Shown one piece after another: positions 8,883 through 19,752 of a stretch of 64,000 bases of DNA. The notes under the pieces are model-generated. The model ran no database searches. It saw only the letters and a list, made by a program, of their open reading frames with translations, and was not told the origin of the DNA. The DNA is from Candidatus Bathyarchaeota archaeon (lineage in GTDB: Archaea > Thermoproteota > Bathyarchaeia > 40CM-2-53-6), in contig CAWHWX010000016.1 in NCBI GenBank assembly GCA_963833125.1, positions 64,001 to 128,000 on the forward strand, in the 5' to 3' direction. Numbering within the stretch: the stretch's first letter is position 1; the number at the start of each line of letters is the position of its first letter. Position numbers and translations under genes: made by a program.

Positions 8883-11682
8883 ATGCGCCGTACAATCAGA
8901 ACATTGGTTCTAATTGTTGCATTTGCGGCCGTGCTATGTCTGCGCTAATCGTCAACTTCCTATCGCAGAAGCGACGACTTACCCAACTGCGAAAGTGACC
9001 TCGGTTGACTCTCCGCAGCTCGTTTTCCCAGATTCGCCTTTCCAGGTGAATATTCATGCAGAATATTCTGACAAATTCTTGGCCGACGTTGGCATATGGG
9101 ACGCGGACGATGGGCTGATGGTTCAGAGCTTTACGTTAATCAGCCAGTTCACAGGTCCCGGCAACGTAACCTTCAGTCTCTCCCTAACATCCCCAACGAC
9201 ACCTGGCCAGTGGCATCTCATAGCCATGAATCGAGTTTGGTGGCAGAATGCTTGGTACGAGGATCCCAACGGAGCTATGCCCTTCACAGTAACAGTGGAG
9301 AGCCCGTCAAACAATGTGACCCTCACACTGGGTTCAAATGGAGTCGACACGCAAATTTCGGTTGACAACGCATCTTACCAGATTCAAAATGGATCATCCA
9401 TTCCACTCGTCCTACAACGAGGGCCACACTCATTGCAGGTACCACCGATTGTTCAGGGAAATATTGGAGAACGTTACGTCTTCGCCGGTTGGAGTGACGG
9501 TGTTAACTCGGATCCGCATGAAATATTCTTGACACAACCCACCACTATAACCGCTCTGTATAGAACCGAGTATTACCTGTCTGCTCAGTCGGAAATGGGG
9601 CAAGTGGTCGGCCAGGGATGGTACGAAAAAGGTGAACAAGCCACGGTGGCGGTCACCCCAACGATCACCGTCTCCTCTTTTCCCGGTTTGATAGACGAAT
9701 ATCGGTTCAATAGTTGGTCCGGTGGCAGCTATCCACCAAGCAACTTACTGACCCTTACAATGGATAGTCCAAAGCAAATCCGCGCCACTTGGATCAATGA
9801 CGGTACAACGATTGACCAAGGAGTCTTGATCGATCTTATACTCCTAGGCTGCTTGCTGTTGAGCGTTCGGCTCGTCTTTCTCCTCTATCGGAGGCGTGGG
9901 CAACCTCAAGTTCAGGGTCAAGGCGGTGGGCGTACCGTCAGATTGATTTGTATCGTTTTTTGCTTACTTCTTTTATCCGTGGCATTTCCCAACGTTTTCG
10001 CGCAATTGCCTTCACAACCTGGGGCTTCAATCGTAAAGATCGGAGATGCCGAATGGTACTACTGGAATCGACCCGGCAGCGACACCTGTCTTCTTTGGCT
10101 AGGGGGCGGAATCCCTCAAGAAGCTGAGCCGGGATCCTACGGGTATCTCATTAATCCGTTCGATTACGAGTCATTCGGAACAATCCGCTTCATCCAAAGC
10201 CTGGCGAGTTACTACTGCGTCCTAGCTCTGCAACAAGGGTCAACGGAAGGATTCAACCCTGCGGCGAACCGAACCATCAATCAAGAACTCTTCACCCCAC
10301 AGACAAGGTTGATTGAAGAAGTGCACAAGTGGATTAGCGAGCAGGGCTATCCGCATACTTTCGTAGTAGGTTACTCGGTGGGAGGCCAAGCCGCTACCGC
10401 AGAACTTACGCTCACCCATCCACAAGAATGGTCAACTCAAGACGGGCTTATTCTAATCACAGTCCCCTTCGGCCAAGATGTACTCAAGAACGCAAATGAG
10501 TTACGGACGAATCTATTCATAATCTATGGGGGAAATCTACCGGACTACGAGGCCACTGGCATTCAATACTTCAACAGCACCCCTCCGGAGGGACTAGTTG
10601 GGACGGAGTATACTCACAAAGAATTCCACGTGATCGCAGATGCTGGACACGAGGTTTGGACAATCCGTGCCACAGGCGCCTATGACACGCGTGCCCTCAA
10701 CTTGATTGTCGGTTTTATTGAAAGATCGAAAGTGTTGCAACTTAGAACCAGTTTAGAATCAGGTGTAAGCAATTCGACAGCAACCATAATGGCACAGATA
10801 ATTTCGGTGCAAGCACCAAAGAAAGTAGCGCAAGGCGAAACCTTCGTCGTCAACTGCAATCTGACCTTGAATTCTCAAACCGGGCAAAGAATTCTTGCCG
10901 CCTATGACACGGATCAGAGAACGATCTTAACCGAAACCGCGTTAGCAAACAATAGCGCAATGGCCAGCCTGGTGATTCCGCCAATCTTGAACAGCACCGA
11001 ATCATCCATCTCTCTCTTCGTTCTTCAGAACTCTAATGGTAAATGGTCACAAGTCTCCAACGCTTATACGGTAAAAGTAGCGGTTACTAATCTTGTAACC
11101 GTGACCATCAATTCCACTGTCCCAGGCATGGTATTTTCATTCGACGGCTCACAATTCGCCACTAATTCCAGTGGCTTAGCAGAAATTCATACTACGCCGG
11201 GTCAGCACTTGATACAGATCCAACCATTCGTTTATTTGAGCAATGCCTCTAGGTTGCGTTTCACAGGTTGGGAAGACTCAACTAACGCCACGACTAGGCA
11301 GCTAAACCTAGAGAACGACACCACCCTAGACGCAATTTACACGCAACAATACCTCCTACAAGTCAGTTCACAATACGGACAACCCATCGGCTCAGGATGG
11401 TACGATGCAAACTCATTGGCCACAGTCCTAGTTCAGCCACCGATGCTCAACGAGCCACCGGTCTTTTTCTCGAATTGGACAACTGGAATGAACCAATCAG
11501 AAGTGAGAAACTTAATCCCTGTAGACTCACCAACGATGGTTGCGGCGGTGTGGAATAGCACACCCAGCTCCCAAGAACCAACAAGCCCGTCGCAAAATCC
11601 ATGGTTAATTCTTTCCGCACTAGCTTTCATTATTCTACTCGTTCTGAATCTCAAGACCCGCACAAAGCGTGAGAATAGGTGA
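8883..11682 (+). CDS. Large membrane-anchored surface protein with beta-sandwich/InlB-B-like repeats and an alpha/beta-hydrolase-like domain (signal peptide frameshifted ~8940)
   Basis: ATG 8883 gives a signal-like MRRTIRTLVLIVAFAAVL. FAGWSDG/FTGWED and GxGWY repeats, two internal hydrophobic helices, GYSVGG elbow, GHEVW, C-terminal TM plus basic tail. Confidence 0.7.
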
Positions 11683-11709
11683 GTTGAGAAGGATGAGTAA
11701 ACTTGGGCG

Positions 11710-11997
11710 GTGTATTCTTTGAAGAAGCGTGCCCGCGTCGATATTTACGCGGACATTATGGAAGTGCTCAAACATCGACCCGAGGGAGCTCTAGTGACCA
11801 GAATCTCCTACGGTGCAGGTCTTCCGCTCGATCGAGTCAAACCCATGCTCGAATCACTAGCAAACTTCGGGTTGCTTTCCATTCGCATTTCAGGGGAAAG
11901 TCGAGTCTACCACATAACTCGGCGAGGGTTAGAATTCCTTGAGGCTTACCGAAAAGTTCAGGGCTTCATGACATACCTGGGAAGCGACCAGCAATAG
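11710..11997 (+). CDS. Archaeal winged-HTH transcriptional regulator
   Basis: RARVDIYADIMEVL..TRISYGAGL..YHITRRGLEFL is typical of small archaeal wHTH proteins. Confidence 0.85.
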   Translation: MYSLKKRARVDIYADIMEVLKHRPEGALVTRISYGAGLPLDRVKPMLESLANFGLLSIRISGESRVYHITRRGLEFLEAYRKVQGFMTYLGSDQQ

Positions 11998-12024
11998 TCA
12001 CATTGAGTAGTCACATTTTGTGAC
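11995..12024. promoter_or_regulatory. Putative operator: direct repeat TAGTCACATT x2 and palindrome GTCACA-TTT-TGTGAC
   Basis: Repeats start at 11995 and 12008; perfect inverted repeat at 12010-12024. Function is inferred. Confidence 0.4.
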
Positions 12025-12086
12025 CACCCTCTGTCATTACGGAACGTGCCCTGCCCTTTAATGGACGAAAACCTTAGGAATCATCT

Positions 12087-12305
12087 GTGATTGAAATGTT
12101 CCGAACTAAGATATTCGATTGGACAAGAACTCTATGCTACGTTTCGAACGCATGGAATCAAGTCAAAGCACATAACATATACGCCCAACACGCGAAACCC
12201 GCAAGACTCCTTGAGCGCAAGGACCGGGAAGCTCTAAGCCGAATTGAATTTAGCCGCGAAATGGCTATTGCGTACGCACCAAGAATGCAGCAAGCAATTC
12301 ACTAA
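12087..12305 (+). CDS. Small hypothetical protein
   Basis: Fills the gap in a co-oriented run; no recognisable motif. Confidence 0.35.
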   Translation: MIEMFRTKIFDWTRTLCYVSNAWNQVKAHNIYAQHAKPARLLERKDREALSRIEFSREMAIAYAPRMQQAIH

Positions 12306-12325
12306 GGATAAGGAGAATCGAACCA

Positions 12326-13551
12326 CGCCTGATGTCGCAGTCGCCCGAGGGTCAAAGTCGACGCTGAGTCACGTCGATGGTGACCTGGAAGTCGAGAGGA
12401 ATGTCATAGTCTACCGCGGAAGACAAGCTCGTAACCGTAGACGGGCGCGTGGAAACCGAAGGGCCTGTAATCTTCGAGGGCGGACTCAAGGCGTCAGAAC
12501 TAGAGGGCCGCGACGGCGATCTCGATATACGCGGAGACCTAGAGATTCTAGACGGCATCACCATCTCGGACGGCAGCCTACACGTATCTGGATCGCTCTC
12601 AGCGGTAGATGTTGACATCGACCGACACCTTGAGGTGCTCGGGAGCTTAACGGCAGCCCAACTTGAGGCAGGGAGCCGAATTGCAATTCACGGCCAACTA
12701 AAGGCCGAATCTGTCGAGGTAGGTGGATCTTTGGAAGCGTCGGAAGGTGCGGATGTCGATGAAATAGAAGCCGGAGGATCCGTTCGGATTGCAAAGCAAG
12801 TAAACGCCAAATCTATCGACGTTGGTGGCTCGGTCGTCGTCGGCGGGGGTAATGTCACCGAGGACATAGACGTTGGGGGAACCTTCGAATCCACGGGACC
12901 ACTCGAATTCAACGAGATAGATGTAGGTGGGTCGGTTCGGCTGAAAGGAAACGCTTCCGGAAGAAGGATAGACGTTGGTGGCGTTTTCGATGTCTCAGGC
13001 AATTTGAGGTTTGAAGAGATTGACGTTGGCGGTAAGGTTGACATCGAAGGCGATGGCGAGGGCGAAGACATTGATGTTGGCGGCGTCCTCCAAGTAAGCG
13101 GCAATCTAAACTTAACCGGCGGCTTTGGAGGTCGGAGGAAAGTGCAGAATCGACAAGGTTCTGACTGCTGATCGGATAGAAATTGGCGGGTCCCTTGACG
13201 CAGACACAGTGAAGGTCAAAGACATTGAGATCGGCGGCGCCATCTCAACCAAGAATGGAGTAAAGGCAGATTCGATAGTCATTGGTGATCGAGGTCGGGT
13301 TAGAGGGCCACTCGTCGCTGACGATATTAGGATAGGCGAAAGAGCGGACGTTGAGGCTGTCTACGGAAAAACCATAACGTTGGAGGAAAGAAGCAGAGCC
13401 ACTCTAGTTCATGGTGTCGACGTTCGAATCGAACCTGGCTGCAGAATCTTGGGGGAAGTACTGTACTCAGGGCTCCCTAGACGCAGAGGAAGGCGTACTG
13501 TTTACAGTCCAACCTAAGAAAGTAGACTCGTTACCGAAAGAATCGGCATGA
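12326..13551 (+). CDS. Bactofilin-like / polymer-forming beta-helix repeat protein (about 3 frameshifts)
   Basis: Many (I/V)(D/E)VGG repeats spaced 16-19 aa apart across ORFs 12244.., 12449.. and 13125... The corrected C-terminus ends KKVDSLPKESA* at 13551. The start is uncertain. Confidence 0.7.
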
Positions 13552-13555
13552 CTGC

Positions 13556-14212
13556 TCAGCCACTTGGTTGAGCCTGGCCGTCTTTCTTATTCTGCTCTAC
13601 GACAGGCGCCGTGGGTTTTGGCGGTTCCTGCGTTTTCGCCTCTTGTGGGGGCTGAGCTGGCGAAGGCTGCGTTGAAGAAGTCGGTTTCACCGTGTCCGGA
13701 GCCGGAGACGCCACCGGCCGCGGTGCCGTAGGACTTGGCTTGACGGCCGCAGGAACAGCTGGCTTGGCTGGCGTGACAGGTTTTGGTGGTGGGACAGGGG
13801 GTGTGTATTTCAGTCCAAGGTATTCGTAGAGGATTTGAATGCCCTCTTCTTGCGTTGACATGAATATCTGGTAAGGGCCGTGTAAGTCGGTTGCGATCTT
13901 TGCGATTCCGTCTGGCTCAAGCCCAAAGAATGCTGTGAACTTCGTCCAACCACTGATCTTCTTGGTAATGATGTGGCTGACACCGTCCCACAGGATCTCC
14001 GCTATCGGTCGCGGTAACTTCGAGGGGAGGCTTGCGAAGCTTACCATGACGAACCCGTGCTTCTTCGCAACGTCCCCGAATTTTCCGAAATCCAACTTGC
14101 GGTTGAATCTGACCCAAAACTGATCGCCCGTAGGGTAGGGGACATGTTCGACCTTTTCGATGCCCTCAACGAACCTTAGTTCGACCACTCTGCGTTGAAG
14201 GTCATCTACCAA
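13556..14212 (-). CDS. Hypothetical protein with Pro/Ala-rich disordered C-terminal tail
   Basis: 218-aa ORF: ~135-aa globular N-terminus, then low-complexity P/A/K/T tail. Confidence 0.7.
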   Translation of the reverse strand: MVDDLQRRVVELRFVEGIEKVEHVPYPTGDQFWVRFNRKLDFGKFGDVAKKHGFVMVSFASLPSKLPRPIAEILWDGVSHIITKKISGWTKFTAFFGLEPDGIAKIATDLHGPYQIFMSTQEEGIQILYEYLGLKYTPPVPPPKPVTPAKPAVPAAVKPSPTAPRPVASPAPDTVKPTSSTQPSPAQPPQEAKTQEPPKPTAPVVEQNKKDGQAQPSG

Positions 14213-14338
14213 TCGTGTTTCGCCTCGATTTTGTCGAGGCTGAGCGAGCTAGGCTTTAAAAACGGAGCGCTCCGCAAAAATATCGTCTTCGGTTTAGCGT
14301 CGAGTGCCGAATCCTGTGTATTCGGAACGCGTTTCTAC

Positions 14339-17194
14339 CTAGGGCCTGTCCCAGAACTGTCGAGTCGTAATGAACTTCAATTTCGCTTGAAGGAGGTCCT
14401 TGTAGAAAGACTTCTCATCGTCGTGCATTCTGGCTAGGATTCGACTAGCTGTTTGTGGTCCGATTCCGTAGACGCACTGTGCGACGATTGCTCGTCGCCC
14501 ATAAGACAGAACGAGGTCGGCAGACCGGCGAGCCCTCGACAGAGACTCTCGCTCATCATCCTCGAGAGGTTCGGCTTTGCGTTTCTTCTCCAGGATTCTT
14601 GAGAGGTAGTCTGAAGACCATGTTGAAACTGCCAGAAGCGCTGAGCCGCACGACTTACACTGAGGCTTCGCTGAAAGGTTCTTGACGGTTTCTGCCTGGT
14701 TGATTTCGCCGCATTCAAAGCATAGTAAGTCCACGGTCATATTATCGAGACTGAACCGTAACCTTTCGATAGTATCTCTCTCAACCGTCTCAGGCGCTAT
14801 TAATTCCGGGACGTCGATGTGCTTGTTGAGTAGGTGGAATGCGAGGGGAGTGGGCCTGTCTTGGGATTTGAAAACAGCAACCTCCATACCCCCGTTCCGG
14901 ATCTGTCTGTAAATCTCCCTGACTCGTGGAAAATCAACATGAAGCATTAGCGCTTCGCGAATTGTTTCATCGTATATCGGTGTCATCCTGAACCGAAGGC
15001 CGAGTTCCCTCAAATTGTCTCCCGAAAACATTAGGCCGCGCCGAAGAGCACCGAAACGCTCGGCGATAAATTTCATGTAGTATCCGAAAGGGAAGTGCCT
15101 GTGTAGTACGCCTTTGAATATGCCTTCAAGCGTCCCGGGGTCGACGTCGAACAGTTTCGACCGCATTTCTTCTAACGAGATGTCTTGAGTCGTGGTGGTT
15201 AGTTCTAGAAGGATGCGATACCCGTCCGCCCACCATTGTCTAACCAACCCATCTCTTGAGAGCAGCTCTTCATACAGTTCACCGAGGGTGTTATTCACGG
15301 TCTCTCCGAAAGCGGAGTGGATTATCAAGAACCGGTCAAACGCTTCTAGCACCAAGCGCCTATCGGTGGGAACAGGTGACCCCGTCTCTCGGTGGTCGTG
15401 AAGCTCCTCCACGACCTTGCGTACTGCGAAACGTTCAGTAGGCCAACTCTCTGCGACATATTCCACAGAGCCGCTAACGCCATTCTTGTCTAGCACGTCT
15501 GAAATCTGAGATCTGAGTTGGCCAACTCTCTGTGCCAACTCGAATGGGATTGGAAGCATCTCCCCGTCCCACCCAGGAACGGCCGCGGTCGGGTCTTCTA
15601 CCGGTGTAACGTAGACCTTCGCGTCGTCGGATATCTGTTCGATTTGCCAAACCTTGCCTTTCACGATGAAATGTAAGCCCAGCCTAGCCTTGGTCATCAT
15701 GAATTCTTCGCCGAGGATACCTACCGATTGGTGAGTCGAAACATCAATGACCTGATACCGTCGTTCGTCGGGAATCATTGAGAGGTTCTCGAAGTAATAC
15801 TGACGAATTCGACCACCCCGTCGGAGTACGCCGTCATCGTGGTATATGTAACGCATCTTCTCCATGAACGCAACTACCCTCTCGAATTCCTCCTCAGTCA
15901 GCTCTCGGTAAGGATAGGCACGACGAATCAACGCAAGTGCTTCGTCTACTCTGATCTCCCCCTCTGACTCCAAAATTATTCCTGCAATTTGATGGGCTAG
16001 CACATCCAACGCTTTCTCATGGATCGCAATGGGCTCAACAGATTTTTCCATTGCTTTCTGAATAGCCGCTACTGATTCGAGAATGTCTTCAGTTGACACA
16101 GCCATGATTTCGCCTTCGGAGACACGGTCGAGGCTGTGGCCTGAACGGCCCACACGTTGAATGAGTGAGGAGACTTGCCTGGGCGACATGTACTGAATGG
16201 TCAAATCGACGTTTCCAATGTCGATGCCGAGTTCTAGGGTGGAGGTACACACCAGAGCCTTGATTTTTCCGTTCTTGAACTCATTCTCAACGCGTATTCG
16301 TTCCTCCTTCGGAAGAGAGCCGTGATGCACGCCCACGTTGCGCTTCAACTGATGAAATTTTGAACCAAGAGTTTCAGCATTAGTGCGGCTATTAACAAAA
16401 ATCAATGTAGAGTCGTGATTCTCAACCAGTTCCCAGATCCTGTTCAAGCGGGCTGCAGCTTCCGGCGCCGTGTACAGGCTCTGAGCTACGATGTTGTCCT
16501 CATCAGTGGGATGAGGAAACTCAACGAAATACTTCGCTTCCTTAGGCGGAAGAACCTGAATAACCTCACACGGCCTTTCGCCGGAGACAAATCCGGCAAC
16601 TTGTTCGGGGTTTCCAATCGTAGCCGAAAGGCCAATTCTTTGGAAATCTCTGCCGGTAACTTTTCTAAGCCTCTCCAAACCGACGGTTAACTGTACACCA
16701 CGCCTTTCCCCGGCCAATTCATGAACTTCATCAATAATGACCCAACGCACGTGACTCAAATGCGATCGCATCCTTTTTCCAGGCAAGATGGCTTGCAGGG
16801 TTTCGGGTGTAGTGACTAGGAAGTCCGGTGGTTTGAGCGATTGTCTTCGTCTGTCCTTCTGAGGAGTATCTCCGTGACGGATCTCGACTGTGAACCCAAG
16901 CTTAGAATGCCAATAATCTAATCTCTTGAGTAGGTCGCGGTTCAGCGCTCTTAAGGGGGTGATGTAGATGATCGAGATTCCCTGTCGCTTTTCCAATTTC
17001 GTAAGCTGGTCGAGAATAGGTAGCAGAACTGCTTCCGTCTTGCCAGATCCGGTGGGCGCTATGAGTAGGATGTTGCCTCCTGCCATTATCTTGGGAATGG
17101 CGATCGTCTGAGGAGGGGTAGGGGTTCGGATTCCGGACTCGGCGAGTGCAAGCCGAATCGGCTCTGAAAGGCTCTGGAAGACCTGTTGAGACAT
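14339..17194 (-). CDS. lhr: Lhr-family DEAD/DEAH helicase
   Basis: APTGSGKT, TPLRAL, DEVH, SAT, HHGS, TSTLELGID and QRVGRSGH motifs, plus C-terminal CxxC..CxxC. Confidence 0.92.
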   Translation of the reverse strand: MSQQVFQSLSEPIRLALAESGIRTPTPPQTIAIPKIMAGGNILLIAPTGSGKTEAVLLPILDQLTKLEKRQGISIIYITPLRALNRDLLKRLDYWHSKLGFTVEIRHGDTPQKDRRRQSLKPPDFLVTTPETLQAILPGKRMRSHLSHVRWVIIDEVHELAGERRGVQLTVGLERLRKVTGRDFQRIGLSATIGNPEQVAGFVSGERPCEVIQVLPPKEAKYFVEFPHPTDEDNIVAQSLYTAPEAAARLNRIWELVENHDSTLIFVNSRTNAETLGSKFHQLKRNVGVHHGSLPKEERIRVENEFKNGKIKALVCTSTLELGIDIGNVDLTIQYMSPRQVSSLIQRVGRSGHSLDRVSEGEIMAVSTEDILESVAAIQKAMEKSVEPIAIHEKALDVLAHQIAGIILESEGEIRVDEALALIRRAYPYRELTEEEFERVVAFMEKMRYIYHDDGVLRRGGRIRQYYFENLSMIPDERRYQVIDVSTHQSVGILGEEFMMTKARLGLHFIVKGKVWQIEQISDDAKVYVTPVEDPTAAVPGWDGEMLPIPFELAQRVGQLRSQISDVLDKNGVSGSVEYVAESWPTERFAVRKVVEELHDHRETGSPVPTDRRLVLEAFDRFLIIHSAFGETVNNTLGELYEELLSRDGLVRQWWADGYRILLELTTTTQDISLEEMRSKLFDVDPGTLEGIFKGVLHRHFPFGYYMKFIAERFGALRRGLMFSGDNLRELGLRFRMTPIYDETIREALMLHVDFPRVREIYRQIRNGGMEVAVFKSQDRPTPLAFHLLNKHIDVPELIAPETVERDTIERLRFSLDNMTVDLLCFECGEINQAETVKNLSAKPQCKSCGSALLAVSTWSSDYLSRILEKKRKAEPLEDDERESLSRARRSADLVLSYGRRAIVAQCVYGIGPQTASRILARMHDDEKSFYKDLLQAKLKFITTRQFWDRP

Positions 17195-17354
17195 CCTCTA
17201 GCCTCTCGAAACATCCCCTACAAGATAGAGTGGAGAAATGGCATTCAAAAGGATTGGAGATCTTAGCGTCACGATGAGGGTTGTGCACAATGGAGTGCTT
17301 GGAGAGGTATCGTTTTTAAACGAAATTCGCGTCTAGTATTCACTAGATTCGAGT

Positions 17355-18011
17355 ATGTATGAGTACAAAGGCGTTAAGATCACCTGGTTAGGGCATGACG
17401 GGTTCCGAATTCAAAACGGTCAAACGATCTACGTTGACCCGTTTAAGATCGAAGGCGGTGGCAAGAAGGCTGACGTTGTTCTCATTAGTCATGAACATTT
17501 CGACCACCTTAGCCCTGACGATTTGACGAAGATCGTAGGGCCTAACACGACTGTCATTGCTCATCACCAATCGAAAGACGAACTTTCAAAACTGAAACCT
17601 AAGGAGATCAAGATCATGAAACCGGGCGACAAAATCAAAGTCGGCGCGCTTGAAGTTGAAGCTGTCCCGGCATACAACGTCAACAAATTCAGAGAGCCAG
17701 GTAAGGTATTCCACCCCAAGGAGGATGGGAAGTTGGGTTTCGTGTTGACCGTGAACGGGATCCGCATCTACCATGCAGGCGATAGTGATCATATTCCCGA
17801 AATGAAAGCAACACGCGCCGAGATTGCTCTTCTTCCAGTGTCCGGCACATACGTAATGACCGTTCAGGAGGCAGCTGAGGCTACGAACGCAATCAACCCG
17901 AAAGTAGTAATCCCGATGCATTACGGTGCAATTGTTGGCGAACGTAAGGACGCAGAGGCTCTGCAAAAACTCGTAAAATGCGAAGTCAAGATCCTCGAGA
18001 GAGAAAACTAA
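17355..18011 (+). CDS. MBL-fold metallo-hydrolase
   Basis: WLGH, SHEHFDH, YHAGD and IPMHY motifs. Confidence 0.9.
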   Translation: MYEYKGVKITWLGHDGFRIQNGQTIYVDPFKIEGGGKKADVVLISHEHFDHLSPDDLTKIVGPNTTVIAHHQSKDELSKLKPKEIKIMKPGDKIKVGALEVEAVPAYNVNKFREPGKVFHPKEDGKLGFVLTVNGIRIYHAGDSDHIPEMKATRAEIALLPVSGTYVMTVQEAAEATNAINPKVVIPMHYGAIVGERKDAEALQKLVKCEVKILEREN

Positions 18012-18035
18012 CTCCTAGTTTGCAAGGTCCAGCGC

Positions 18036-18602
18036 ATGGATCTTCTGAATTCCGCAATCGGATCCGAACTCAAAGCAGATTACCACACGGCCATTGCGTC
18101 CTACACAAAACTCGCCCAACAAGGTTCTAGTCTAGACCGTGTCGGGATCCATCAGGCAATAGCAAGGTGCTACGAGAAACGCGGTTCAATGAACAAAGCT
18201 GCACAGTGGCACGAGAAAGCTGGGCAGGGCTACATGAGGCTCCCGGGTAGACTCATGGGGCCATCGGAAAGGGCGTACTACAGCATGGTTGAATTTCGCT
18301 GCGCGATACAAGACTACGCACCCAGCATGGCGATGCGAAGGGCGGCGAGGAGCTACCTAAACGCGCTGGGCATCTGCCTGAGGGCGGGTAAGGAAGGCTA
18401 CAGCCACGAGATGCTCTTCGCTGCGCACCTCTGCGCCAAAATTCGAGATTTCACTCGAGCTGCACAGTTTTTCGCAGATACGGCGGAGCAATTCAAAAAG
18501 GAGAAACTTCCGAAACTCGCCAAAGATGCGACCGAATTGGCCTCAAAATACTATGAACGGTCAGGCAACTTTAGGACTGCACGCAAGCTACGCAACGCAT
18601 AG
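18036..18602 (+). CDS. TPR/SNAP-like helical repeat protein
   Basis: Repeated AA..(Y/F/H)..A helices (IARCYEK, AAQWHEKAG, AAQFFADTA, ASKYYERSG). Confidence 0.6.
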   Translation: MDLLNSAIGSELKADYHTAIASYTKLAQQGSSLDRVGIHQAIARCYEKRGSMNKAAQWHEKAGQGYMRLPGRLMGPSERAYYSMVEFRCAIQDYAPSMAMRRAARSYLNALGICLRAGKEGYSHEMLFAAHLCAKIRDFTRAAQFFADTAEQFKKEKLPKLAKDATELASKYYERSGNFRTARKLRNA

Positions 18603-18623
18603 CTCTAAATCCGCTGCGGACTC

Positions 18624-19442
18624 CTATCTTTCCGGAACCGGTTTCTCAGCAGGCCCGGTGTACACAATCTCGTTCCATTTCGCAGATTTGTACGGTTTGT
18701 CGAAGTACATCTGCTCGTAAGCGTGAGCTACCAAGCCGGGAGTGCGGCTCACGATGAAGAATCCCTTCCCCAATCGCCAGTCAAAGCCCATGTCTGAAAT
18801 TATCGCAGCTATGCAACCGTCCACGTTCAAGATCAGGTGTTTGTGAAAGAATTTCTCAGTTAATGATTCGATGATCTCAGCAAGTTCGACATGGGGACCG
18901 CGCAGTCGAGTCTGCTCTGCAATTTCAAGAAGCTTCATCGTGCGAGGGTCCTTAGTGTGAGTGGGATGGCCGTAACCGGGCACCTTCTCCTTACGCTCAC
19001 TGTATCCTTGCAGGATAGCTTCAGCAGTGGCACGTAGCGAACGTTCGATCTCTTTCGAACTTGAAACTCCTTCCTGAAGAAGTTTTGACGCTTGCTCAAT
19101 TGCCCCTCCGTGCCAGTCACCAATCGCCGAAACCCCCGCGGCAACGGCTGACTGCAATGGGACCCCACACGAGGCCACAAATCGGGTAGCGTCCACAGAC
19201 GGAGCGTTGAGGCTATGTTCCAGGCAGACGGTTAAGAGTGCGTCCATCATGCGGGATTGCTCCTCGGTCGGGAGTTGTCCACGCCAAAGCAGGTAAGTTA
19301 AACCTGCGTAGCTGTATTTGCCGATCAAGTCCATTAGGTTGTAACCTCGAACTACAATCTTGTTCGGTTCGACTTTCGAGATGCCTGTTTTCCAAAATGG
19401 TTCCGACAAAATTCTTCCCTTATAATCGAAATGGCGCTCCAA
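18624..19442 (-). CDS. Citryl-CoA lyase (short citrate-synthase family)
   Basis: WKTGIS..VRGY, EHS, HGGA, PGYGHP, DPR, LNVDG motifs in a 272-aa protein. Confidence 0.85.
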   Translation of the reverse strand: MERHFDYKGRILSEPFWKTGISKVEPNKIVVRGYNLMDLIGKYSYAGLTYLLWRGQLPTEEQSRMMDALLTVCLEHSLNAPSVDATRFVASCGVPLQSAVAAGVSAIGDWHGGAIEQASKLLQEGVSSSKEIERSLRATAEAILQGYSERKEKVPGYGHPTHTKDPRTMKLLEIAEQTRLRGPHVELAEIIESLTEKFFHKHLILNVDGCIAAIISDMGFDWRLGKGFFIVSRTPGLVAHAYEQMYFDKPYKSAKWNEIVYTGPAEKPVPER

Positions 19443-19527
19443 ATTTGCGTCGATTGATCTATGCTTTATGAAAGATGGATCATTGACGTTATAGCCTCTT
19501 TTGTTCTATGTAACTTGAGCATGTATC

Positions 19528-19747
19528 ATGTTACCCAGTCTATTCTTGAAATTCGTTGGGGGTTGCTTACTGATTTTCGGTGTCTACGACACAAACGTCT
19601 ACTGGTATGCTCTAGCGAAGGGTGAGGGAACGTTTGATTTCTTTGGAAGAAACCTTCCTGCAACGCACCGTATTGTCAGAGCAGGATTCAGTTTGGTGCT
19701 GAGTATTCTATTATATCGTGGGACTGGTTCTGCTGATTTTCGGTTGA
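19528..19747 (+). CDS. Small two-TM membrane protein (frameshift ~19712)
   Basis: Two hydrophobic segments; the corrected frame ends IVGLVLLIFG* just before the thyX stop. Confidence 0.5.
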
Positions 19748-19752
19748 TTGAA

